A DNA stretch of 64,000 nucleotides from an uncultured bacterium (GTDB taxonomy: Bacteria > Patescibacteriota > JAHJAL01): positions 1,313 to 65,312 of the forward strand of contig CALKWM010000039.1 in assembly GCA_938004065.1 (NCBI GenBank), in the 5' to 3' direction. A model generated the notes under the pieces. The model saw only the letters and a list, made by a program, of their open reading frames with translations. It was not told the DNA's origin and searched no databases. Numbering within the stretch: position 1 is the first letter of the stretch; every line of letters starts with the position of its first letter. Shown piece by piece: positions 38,296 through 46,794 of the stretch. The position numbers and the translations under genes are program-made.

Positions 38296-39178
38296 GAGTA
38301 ATATCAAGCACTTGGAACATTGGATATTAGATAAGATAGTAAATTAGCTGGTTTTGAAACAATTTCTTTGTAGTTGAATCTAGCTAGAAATTCTTGCAGA
38401 TATTCTGATAGTTTTTCTTTAGTGACATGATGATAAATTCTTCGAAGCATAGTTTTAAGTAAAGCCCATACTCTTTCAATAGCTGATGAATATTTTAACT
38501 GCCAACGATCATGGTATTCAATTCTGTGGCCATAACCATACCATTCAATATCAATGTAGCTTAAGAATCCATCAGTAGTAATTAGACTGTCAGTTAATAT
38601 ATTATCTGTTAAAAACTTTTCTACTATTCCTTGTTCTCTGGTTTCGACAATCTCTAAGCAGATGTGATCAAACTCCCGATTAACAGCTCCAATAATTACC
38701 GATTGGTTACCATTTCTTCTTTTACCAATAAAACATTCATCAACAATAATATCACCACCTAACATCAAATCATCTCGCGGTAAGTTCTTTCTTAAGTGTG
38801 AATAAATTCTCCTAATTGATGGATATGACACTTCAATTAAATCTTGGGCTATTCTTAAAGGAACCTTCTCGCTAAAACAATGGATAGCTTTTAGTATTTG
38901 TCTGATTGTTAATTTGGAATACTTGAAGCCTAACGATATTCTAAGACTGAATTTATAACGGCATTTTCGACACCAATACCGATTAGATAGTTGTCTAACA
39001 TATCTGATTCTGCCACATCTCGGACATTTGATTTTAGACAAATACTTTTTCTTTACTAATTTAACAGCTTGTTTTTCATCAAGAAGTTTAATAAATTTAG
39101 ACATAGGAACAGATTAGATGATTAAGATGTATGATATTTTAATTATTTAACATCTGTTCCAATTTCTTTATATAACTC
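38296..39178 (-). mobile_element. IS1595-family insertion sequence (883 bp) with imperfect ~25-bp TIRs and an 8-bp target-site duplication TACCAGAT.
   Basis: Left end GAGTAATATCAAGCACTTGGAACA; reverse complement of the right end GAGTTATATAAAGAAATTGGAACA. TACCAGAT lies directly outside both ends, at 38288-38295 and 39179-39186. Confidence 0.75.
38304..39104 (-). CDS. IS1595/ISXO2-like DDE transposase with an N-terminal zinc ribbon.
   Basis: CPRCG..CRKCRYKF zinc ribbon, then a DDE region (VDECFIGKR..TDGF..YGYGHRIEYH). Confidence 0.75.
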   Translation of the reverse strand: MSKFIKLLDEKQAVKLVKKKYLSKIKCPRCGRIRYVRQLSNRYWCRKCRYKFSLRISLGFKYSKLTIRQILKAIHCFSEKVPLRIAQDLIEVSYPSIRRIYSHLRKNLPRDDLMLGGDIIVDECFIGKRRNGNQSVIIGAVNREFDHICLEIVETREQGIVEKFLTDNILTDSLITTDGFLSYIDIEWYGYGHRIEYHDRWQLKYSSAIERVWALLKTMLRRIYHHVTKEKLSEYLQEFLARFNYKEIVSKPANLLSYLISNVPSA

Positions 39179-39417
39179 TACCAGATGACCAAGAAATTAA
39201 TAATAACTAGTCAATTATTAATCTACAATTTAATCAAACAAAACCGGCTAATTTGCGTTGGCTGGTTTTTTTATGCAGTTATAATTTTGTAGTTAAATAA
39301 TTTTTTTCCAAATAAATCAGGATCGATCAACGTAGGTTATAATTAAATTGTCCGACCCAACAATCATTACAAGCTCAATAGTTACTTAACTGACTCGAAA
39401 ATTTTAGAAGAAAACAA

Positions 39418-39920
39418 ATGAAAAAAATTACCGTCAATGACAAAATGCAGTCAAATTATTCCTATCTACTCACCGAGCCGATGGGAAAAAATTTTGACCC
39501 GCGTTTTAAACCGGAGCTGACGCCCAAAGAAATGCTGGCGATGGGAATATTTTGTGGGCGATATATGCCGATTGCGTAAATGAATTTCCCAAAAACTGGT
39601 TCATCAAGGCCAAGTTTGCCAAAGAAAAACGCGACTGCACCCTCAATTTTTTCCGGGTCAACGCCAGTATGCCTTTGTCTTACTGGGAGAAAAAGGGTTG
39701 GATTTATCCGGAAGATCCTCGGGGTTGGTTTCAATGGTATTGCCGATATTTTATGGGTCGCCGAATACCGGTGGAAGATGACCGGCAGATCAAACGCTGG
39801 ATGCAAATGAAAAGACACATCTCCCAGATCAAACGTAATTGTGTAACCGGAGATTGGGACTGTCGCACCAAACAACGGCAGGCGCTCCTGTATTGGGCGT
39901 ACGACTCGAGGAGGTATTAG
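39418..39920 (+). pseudogene. Frameshifted conserved hypothetical gene (..GIFCGRYM then shifts by one frame to DCVNEFPKNWF..) in a GC-rich foreign block.
   Basis: One ORF runs 39418-39579 (MKKITVNDKMQ..LAMGIFCGRYMPIA*). An ORF in another frame runs 39552-39920. Joined across a 1-nt shift near 39565 they read as one protein; the flanking amino-acid pattern suggests continuity. Confidence 0.45.
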
Positions 39921-40005
39921 AATAGATATTTTTTAAGAGATATTTGCAACCGGATAAATGATAAAATTTAGATAGAATCAATTTTTTAAATATTATAAAA
40001 ATATT

Positions 40006-40788
40006 ATGAACAAAATGTATTCAAGAGTGGCCGCCATCATTGCCTTTATCGTCATGGTCGTGCTTAACTATCTGGCGGTCTCACTCCCGCTGGGTGGTCG
40101 CGACACCGGCGCTATTTCCGATGCTTATCCCAATCTGTTCGCCCCGGCGGGATACGCTTTCTCGATCTGGGGACTGATCTATACCCTGCTGGCGATCTAT
40201 GTTGTCTATCAGCTAGTGCGGGGAAACAAACTGACCGATCAAATCAATCGGATATTTATCATCAACGCCTTATTCAATGCCGGCTGGCTCATCGCCTGGC
40301 ACTACGATGTGATCTGGCTGTCGGTTATCATCATGCTCGGTCTGCTCATCACTCTGATCAAAATCGCTGATTTATTGAAAGTGCAAAAACTGACCAAAGC
40401 CGAACACTGGCTGGTCCGCTTGCCTTTTAGTATTTATTTCGGCTGGATCACGGTGGCGACGATTGCCAATGTGACGATACTCTTGGTCAGTCTGGGTTGG
40501 AATGGTTTTGGCCTGTCGGAAGTTTTCTGGACGGTGGCGATATTGCTGGTCGGCACGCTGATCGGCACCTGGCGGACCATCCTTGACCGTAACATCCCCT
40601 ACGCACTGGTGCTGATCTGGGCCTACGGCGCGATCCTGGCCAAGCATCTCTCCGGCGGCGAATTCGCCGGCCAATATCCGGCGGTGATTTACGTGGTTGT
40701 GTTTTGTCTGGTGGTTTTTGGAGGGAGTATGATCTATGTGACAGGGAAAAATTTGAGGGTGGGAAGTAGGGGGAGAGATTTAATTTAA
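40006..40788 (+). CDS. TspO/MBR-like tryptophan-rich membrane protein; GC-rich, likely acquired.
   Basis: FAPAGYAFSIWGLIYTLLAIYVVYQ, several WxxxW-type aromatic motifs, and 5-7 TM helices. GC content is visibly higher than in the neighbouring sequence. Confidence 0.45.
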   Translation: MNKMYSRVAAIIAFIVMVVLNYLAVSLPLGGRDTGAISDAYPNLFAPAGYAFSIWGLIYTLLAIYVVYQLVRGNKLTDQINRIFIINALFNAGWLIAWHYDVIWLSVIIMLGLLITLIKIADLLKVQKLTKAEHWLVRLPFSIYFGWITVATIANVTILLVSLGWNGFGLSEVFWTVAILLVGTLIGTWRTILDRNIPYALVLIWAYGAILAKHLSGGEFAGQYPAVIYVVVFCLVVFGGSMIYVTGKNLRVGSRGRDLI

Positions 40789-40795
40789 TCAAAAT

Positions 40796-41143
40796 ATGAA
40801 AAATATCGATGATCTGACCCAAAAAATTATCACCTTCCGCGATGCGCGGGATTGGAAGCAATTTCACAACCCCAAAGACTGTGCCATCTCGCTTTCTTTG
40901 GAAGCCAGTGAAGTGCTGGAGCATTTTCAATGGAAAAGCGAGAAAGAAATTGAAGATTATTTGAAAGTTCATAAAGACGATCTGGCGGAAGAACTGGCCG
41001 ATGTTTTCAATTATTTGCTGTTGATGTGCCATGATCTGGAGATTGATATTATGGAGGCATCGGAAAAGAAGCTAATACAAAACAATTTGAAATATCCGGT
41101 AGAGAAAGCGAGAGGGAGGCATACGAAGTATAGTGAGTTGTAA
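40796..41143 (+). CDS. MazG-like nucleotide pyrophosphohydrolase (paralog of 37768..38115).
   Basis: Same motifs. The protein is about 80% identical to the other copy. Confidence 0.65.
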   Translation: MKNIDDLTQKIITFRDARDWKQFHNPKDCAISLSLEASEVLEHFQWKSEKEIEDYLKVHKDDLAEELADVFNYLLLMCHDLEIDIMEASEKKLIQNNLKYPVEKARGRHTKYSEL

Positions 41144-41186
41144 AATTAATACATTAGTTTAATACCTTTACAGAAATTAATAATAA

Positions 41187-41705
41187 ATGATCAAAAAAGT
41201 TAAAATACAGAAAAGTGAGAAGATAAATATTTATATCGATGGCGCCAATCTTGATAAAGGCATCAAGGATTTGGGTTGGAATTTGGATTATAAAAGATTT
41301 TATCGCTGGTTGAAAGATAAATATAAATTTAAAAATATCTATTTGTTTATCGGGCTGGTGCCCAGATTTAAGGATTTATATAAATATTTGCAAGAGATTG
41401 GTTATGTCTTGGTGTTCAAAGAAACAACCAGTGACGGTGATGGTAACGTGAAAGGCAATTGTGATGCAGATTTGGTATTAGCAGTGAGCAGAGATTTTTA
41501 TGAAGACAAATTTGATAAATCAATAATTGTTTCAAGTGATGGTGATTATGCTAGTATGATTAAATTTTTGAAAGACAAGAAGGCTATAAAAATATTATTA
41601 TCACCGAACAATAAATGCTCGATTTTACTCAAGCGTACCGGAGTGCCGATTTCCTATCTCAATTATCAAAAAAGAAAAATTCAGCAAAATAGAAAAAACC
41701 CCTAA
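41187..41705 (+). CDS. NYN-domain (LabA-like) putative ribonuclease (divergent paralog of 35461..36054).
   Basis: NIYIDGANLDKG, GNCDADLVL and VSSDGDY are NYN motifs. Confidence 0.65.
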   Translation: MIKKVKIQKSEKINIYIDGANLDKGIKDLGWNLDYKRFYRWLKDKYKFKNIYLFIGLVPRFKDLYKYLQEIGYVLVFKETTSDGDGNVKGNCDADLVLAVSRDFYEDKFDKSIIVSSDGDYASMIKFLKDKKAIKILLSPNNKCSILLKRTGVPISYLNYQKRKIQQNRKNP

Positions 41706-41859
41706 TAGAGACGGAACTCTAGCAGGGTTTTTTTCGTAGTGATTGGTTTTATTATATGAAAATTGGGATGGTTGGTCAAGAAAGGTAAATATATTTAAGA
41801 AATTTAAATTTATTCCAAGAATTGTTCAATAAATATTTGAGCGAATACAAAGGTTAAAT

Positions 41860-43137
41860 TATGTCCAAAAAAGAAGTACAAACTAGAATTAAGGTAAATA
41901 AACTACTCGAAGAAACCGGGTGGCGGTTTTTTGATAGCGAAACATGGCCGACCAATATCCGGCGGTTATTTATGCAGTTGTGTTTTGTCTGCTCGTTTTT
42001 GGGGGGAGTATAATTTATGTGATAGGGAAAAATGCGAGGGTGGGGAGGTAGATTCCAAGAAAGACTTATCAAAATTAAATTGAGTCAAAACCCTCTTACG
42101 TCCACCTTTGGAGGGAAGCGACACTAACGATATTATTTAAATTAACTATATCCTGTATGGCGCGAATTATTATAAAAAACAACTAGTACTCTTTATATGA
42201 TTTTGATAACGAAGCGGAATTTGAAAAAGCGGTTATTGAAAATCAGAAGTATATTTTCGGAAAAGATTCAATTTATATTGACGTAAAAAAAAGAATAGGA
42301 CGGGATAATCATCGCGGGATTCCTGATGCATTTTTAATTGATTTCTATGATACCAATAAACCGCAACTATATATAATTGAAAATGAGATTGCATCTCATG
42401 ACGTGTATTCAAATATTACTGAGCAAATCGCGCGTTTTGGCACTAGTATTGTTTCTTCTGCAAACGAAATACGCAATATATTAATCAAGGCAGTTGAAAG
42501 CGAACCAAAAACAATAAAAGAAATTGAGCGGTATTTACTGCAAACGGTATTTAAGAATATCACAGAACTAATGATTTTTCTCACCGAAGAAAATGATATT
42601 AAAATCGTAGTTGCAATCAATGAAATTACAACCGATCTGAATCTTGCTTTTAAGATTTTTAAGAATCCGCCGGACTTAGTTTTATTGCAACGCTATATAT
42701 ACGGAAATGATGTTTCATACTATTACGAACCGATGCGTGAAGAAATTGAAGATATTGAAACAGAGAAAAGCAAAACTGGCGAAGCCGTAGATTTCAATAC
42801 AGTTGTTTGTGCTGCATTAGAAGACGGTTTCAAACACGCATATAAGGAAAATAATGCTTGGTGGGCTATTCGGCTTTCACAAGAAGCGAGAGAAAAATTG
42901 AAGTATTTAGCGATTTATGAAAAAGCGCCGGTTGCGCATATTAGTCATTATGCAGAAATTGATAGGATTGAACCATACAAAGATACTGGTAAATACATTC
43001 TGTTTTTAAAAAATAAAAAAACAGTAAAACCGATCAAGCTTGGCACAGGAAAAAAAGGTGAAGCACCACAAGCGCCAAGATATACTACGCTTGAAAAACT
43101 ATTAAACGCTGATTCAATAAGTGAATTATGGAGTTGA
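41860..43137 (+). pseudogene. Disrupted PD-(D/E)xK / HsdR_N-like nuclease-family gene. Its N-terminus (41860-~41940) and body (42187-43137) are in the same frame, separated by a ~245-bp insertion that includes a duplicated TspO 3' fragment.
   Basis: N-terminal MSKKEVQTRIKVNKLLEETGWRF matches the ETRxKxIDxxLxxxGW start of HsdR_N/Mrr-type restriction proteins. The body has GIPDAFLIDF..LYIIENE. Stops lie between the two parts. Confidence 0.45.
41941..42050 (+). repeat. ~110-bp duplicated copy (about 85% identical) of the 3' end of the TspO-like gene (40666-40775).
   Basis: Aligned by eye: GGCC(G)ACCAATATCCGGCGGT(T/G)ATTTA..GTGTTTTGTCTG..GGGAGTAT.ATTTATGTGA.AGGGAAAAAT..GAGGGTGGG.AGGTAG. Confidence 0.6.
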
Positions 43138-43289
43138 TAATTAATAATATAAAGAATCATAAGAATACTATTATCAAATAATTTGGATGTTCTTGCTATT
43201 CCGAAAAATTTTTGTAAGATTAGGTATAACGAAGTATCCACTTGTTTCTATCGGTATTTTATAATGTTCTTTTTTAATAAGATATTAAT

Positions 43290-44888
43290 ATGTCTAAATT
43301 TAAAGATATTCCTCTAATCGATAGGCCAAGAGAAAGATTTTTAGTAAAAGGCCCAGATGTGCTTTCAAAAAGCGATCTTTTAGCGATTTTACTTGGTAGT
43401 GGAATCAAGGGGAAAAATGTAAAACAACTTTCCGAACAAATCATCAGGAAATTTAGCAACAAATTTTTAGATATTACTGTTGATGATCTTTTAGAAATTC
43501 CTGGAATTGGAAAAGCGAAGGCATTGCAGATTGTTTCTGCTCTCGCTTTGGTTAAAAGATTTTACAATGAACTTGGACCAAAAGATAATGTTGTTTTGTC
43601 CGTGCAAGACGCCGTTTCACTAACTTCTGAAATTAGAAACAAGAAAAAGGAATATTTAGTTTGTCTTTATCTGAATGCCCGAAATGTTTTGCTAAAAAAA
43701 GAAATTATCTCAATCGGAACGCTTGATAAAAGTTTAATTCATCCGCGAGAAATATTTGGCCCCGCCGTAGAATTAAGAGCGGCAGGAGTTGTTCTTTTGC
43801 ATAATCACCCGTCTGGCGATGTTGAGCCAAGCAAGCAGGATATTGAAGTAATCAATAAAATTCTTGAGGCCGGCAAAATTATGGGGGTGAATGTTATTGA
43901 TTTTATTATTGTTAGTGAAAATGACTTACACAGCATTTTTCAGTCATCACAGAAAGAAATCACGCATTATGTATCTGACGGGGGGCAGAATTCACTTTTT
44001 GATCTGCTTGAAACCGAACAGCAAACCTATACTCCGACAATAAAAAAAATACATAAAGTGTATTTTTACCCTGAAAGCAGAGCAAAGGCGGGTCGCTTTC
44101 AACTACAAAATAGACGCTATTTAGGAAATAAATACAAATTACTTGGATTTATTGAAGATATTATAAACGAAAAATGCAACGGCTTTAGTGTTTTTTGCGA
44201 TATTTTTGCGGGAACAGGAGTTGTCGCGGAACGATTTAACGAGAAAAATATCAAAGTGATTGCTAACGATTTTTTATCGAGCAATTTTATACCACTTAAA
44301 GCATTTTTAGGAACATCAAAAATAGACTTTGAGGAGATAGAGCACAAAATAAATTTACTCAATGAACTAAAAGCAACAGATGACAATTATTTTTCTGAAA
44401 ACTTTGGCGATACATATTTTACTTTAGAAAACGCAAGAAAAATTGGCGCAATTAGAGAAAAGATAAATAAGTTAAGCAATAATGAGGACGAAGAAGCGGT
44501 TTTAATTGCCTCATTGCTTTATGCGGTGGATAAAGTGGCAAATACCGTAGGGCATTATGACGCTTTCCGTAAAAAATTAGACACGGTGCAACCTTTGCGG
44601 CTTTTAGTGCCTGATTTTGAGGCGGAAAACAATATAAATAACGAAATATACAAGGAAGATGCCAATCAACTAATCAGAAAAATAAGTTGCGATGTTTTAT
44701 ACATTGATCCACCCTACAATTCACGCCAGTATTCAGATGCTTATCACCTTTTAGAAAATCTTGCTGCTTGGAAAAAACCGATCGTGCATGGCAAGGCGAA
44801 AAAAATGGATCGTTCGCATATCAAAAGCGATTACTGCTTGCAATCTGCGGCCAAAGCCTTTGCTGATTTAAATTATAACTATAATTGA
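43290..44888 (+). CDS. Fusion protein: N-terminal RadC-like JAB/MPN domain plus C-terminal D12-class (Dam-like) N6-adenine DNA methyltransferase.
   Basis: RadC signature HNHPSGD (JAMM) with upstream helix-hairpin-helix IPGIGKAKAL. C-terminal half has YLGNKYKLL, SAM motif I DIFAGTGVV and motif IV LYIDPPYNSRQYS. Confidence 0.7.
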   Translation: MSKFKDIPLIDRPRERFLVKGPDVLSKSDLLAILLGSGIKGKNVKQLSEQIIRKFSNKFLDITVDDLLEIPGIGKAKALQIVSALALVKRFYNELGPKDNVVLSVQDAVSLTSEIRNKKKEYLVCLYLNARNVLLKKEIISIGTLDKSLIHPREIFGPAVELRAAGVVLLHNHPSGDVEPSKQDIEVINKILEAGKIMGVNVIDFIIVSENDLHSIFQSSQKEITHYVSDGGQNSLFDLLETEQQTYTPTIKKIHKVYFYPESRAKAGRFQLQNRRYLGNKYKLLGFIEDIINEKCNGFSVFCDIFAGTGVVAERFNEKNIKVIANDFLSSNFIPLKAFLGTSKIDFEEIEHKINLLNELKATDDNYFSENFGDTYFTLENARKIGAIREKINKLSNNEDEEAVLIASLLYAVDKVANTVGHYDAFRKKLDTVQPLRLLVPDFEAENNINNEIYKEDANQLIRKISCDVLYIDPPYNSRQYSDAYHLLENLAAWKKPIVHGKAKKMDRSHIKSDYCLQSAAKAFADLNYNYN

Positions 44889-45751
44889 CTATGAAAAAAT
44901 CAAATTCAATTATCTTATTTAAACAAAAACAAGTTAGGCGTATTTGGGACGAAGAAAAAGAACTTTGGTATTTTTCGATCGTAGATGTGGTTGAAATATT
45001 GACGGATAGTCCAAGACCTAGAAAATACTGGAACGCCTTAAAAACCAAGCTAAAAGAGGAAGGAAGCGAGTTGTCCCAAAAAGTGGGACAACTGAAATTA
45101 GAGGCGGCTGATGGGAAAAAATACCTCACAGATGTAGCTGACACAGAAACTCTTTTGAGATTAATTCAATCGATACCATCGCCTAAAGCTGAACCCTTTA
45201 AACTTTGGCTGGCAAAAGTTGGCTATCAAAGGATTGAAGAAACCGAAGATCCTGAACTTGCCATTGATAGAGCGATGAAAACTTACTTGCAAAAAGGATA
45301 TTCGAAAGAGTGGATAAATCAACGGTTAAAAAGCATTGAGGTTAGAAAAGAGCTTACTGACGAATGGCAAATTAGAGGCATGAAAGAGGGATTGGAATAC
45401 GCAATATTGACGGATGAAATCACAAAAGCTTGGGCTGATAAAAATGTTAGAGATTACAAAAAATTTAAAGGATTGAAAAAAGAAAATTTGCGAGACAATA
45501 TGACAAATTTGGAATTGGTGCTCAATATGTTGGCTGAGGTTTCTACCGCAGAAATATCCAAAAAGCAAAAACCAAAAGGATTGGAAGAAAACAAGGGAGT
45601 AGCTCGCAAAGGTGGGTTTGCCGCTAAAAAGGCAAGACTTGAAATTGAAAAACAAACAGGTGAAAGGGTTGTTAGCTCAAAAAATGCAAAACATTTACAA
45701 GTAAAGGCAAAAAAATTTAAATCTTTGCCTAAAGAAAATAATCAAGAATAA
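44885..45751 (+). CDS. Bro-N domain protein, DinD-like (DNA-damage-inducible protein D family).
   Basis: N-terminal RRIWDEEKELWYFSIVDVVEIL is Bro-N-like. The C-terminal half resembles E. coli DinD (GLKKxN..NMxxxELxxN..). Confidence 0.5.
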   Translation: MTMKKSNSIILFKQKQVRRIWDEEKELWYFSIVDVVEILTDSPRPRKYWNALKTKLKEEGSELSQKVGQLKLEAADGKKYLTDVADTETLLRLIQSIPSPKAEPFKLWLAKVGYQRIEETEDPELAIDRAMKTYLQKGYSKEWINQRLKSIEVRKELTDEWQIRGMKEGLEYAILTDEITKAWADKNVRDYKKFKGLKKENLRDNMTNLELVLNMLAEVSTAEISKKQKPKGLEENKGVARKGGFAAKKARLEIEKQTGERVVSSKNAKHLQVKAKKFKSLPKENNQE

Positions 45752-45753
45752 TC

Positions 45754-46671
45754 ATGTCAATACAAATTCTATCAAATTTGAACTATCCAATTGGCAATAT
45801 AATTAGCCAAGAATTACAGAACGCAAATTCGGCAAAAATCGCTGTCGCTTTTTTGAAGTATTCGGGCGTAAAGGTTATCGAGAAGCCATTGGATAATTGC
45901 TTGAGAAATAATGGCAATATTGAAATTATTGCAGGACTTGATTTTAAAACAACTGACCCGCAATCAATGCATTATTTAATACAACTGCAAAAACAAACGC
46001 CAAATTTGAAATTTTATTGTTATGGCGACAAGGATGAGAACAAGACCGATGTTGTTTTTCACCCCAAAATTTATTTGTTTGAAAAAGCACGAGAGACTAC
46101 TGGCATTGTTGGAAGCACGAATTTGACACGAGGTGGTTTGCTTTCTAATTTTGAAGTAAATGTTGTAATTAAAGAGACAAAACCACTTTATTTTTCGCAG
46201 CTTCAAGCAATTTATAATTTCGTAAAATTTACGGATTCTGTTTTCTCTCCAGACGAAGAATATTTAGCGGGATACTCCGATGTTTATAAAGCATTTTTGC
46301 AAAACGAACAGAAAGCAACAAAAGACAAAGGCATTCAAAATGTTGTTCGTCAAATAAATAAGCGAGCTGAATCTTTGCCCGGAACAGTGCCATCAGTCAA
46401 AAGCTTGATTATTGATGTTATTAAAAAAGGAAAAGAACAAGGCGTGGAATTTGTGTCATTACAGACAATTTATGAAGAAGTTGAAAAAATTGTCGAAGAG
46501 AAAAAACTAAATTACAAAATGGATACTTTTAGAAACTCCATCAGAGGGGAACTAAACAAACACGAAACACATAGCAAGCACCCTGATAATATGGATTTAT
46601 TTATCCGATCATTAGAACGAAAGGGATTTTATTCATTAACCGATAAAGGTAAAAATTATGAAGGGCGATAA
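45754..46671 (+). CDS. PLD-superfamily nuclease (HxK..GSxN) with a ~160-aa C-terminal domain; candidate BfiI/NgoAVII-like restriction endonuclease.
   Basis: HPKIYLFEKARETTGIVGSTNLT carries the HxK(x)4D..GSxN phospholipase-D nuclease signature. A DNA methyltransferase lies immediately downstream. Confidence 0.6.
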   Translation: MSIQILSNLNYPIGNIISQELQNANSAKIAVAFLKYSGVKVIEKPLDNCLRNNGNIEIIAGLDFKTTDPQSMHYLIQLQKQTPNLKFYCYGDKDENKTDVVFHPKIYLFEKARETTGIVGSTNLTRGGLLSNFEVNVVIKETKPLYFSQLQAIYNFVKFTDSVFSPDEEYLAGYSDVYKAFLQNEQKATKDKGIQNVVRQINKRAESLPGTVPSVKSLIIDVIKKGKEQGVEFVSLQTIYEEVEKIVEEKKLNYKMDTFRNSIRGELNKHETHSKHPDNMDLFIRSLERKGFYSLTDKGKNYEGR

Positions 46672-46794
46672 AAATATTCAACAACGAATTGCCTGTCTGG
46701 AGGCAAAAATTGAACACAAAATCAATTATTCTTCTGGAAGCGTGGATGACGAAAGCCGAATTGATGATTTATCTTGCGAACTTTTAAAACTTGA

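Noticed and set aside
39462-39875. 137-aa minus-strand ORF in the GC-rich block.
   Set aside because: It is antisense to the better-supported, conserved-looking plus-strand gene. High-GC regions generate long antisense ORFs by chance.
40372-41032. Minus-strand ORFs of 100 and 181 aa, Arg/Pro-rich.
   Set aside because: They are antisense to the TspO-like and MazG-like genes. Their low-complexity RRRR/PP composition is typical of spurious GC-rich frames.
41854-42072. 72-aa minus-strand ORF.
   Set aside because: It overlaps the duplicated TspO fragment and the disrupted nuclease N-terminus and has no coding signal.
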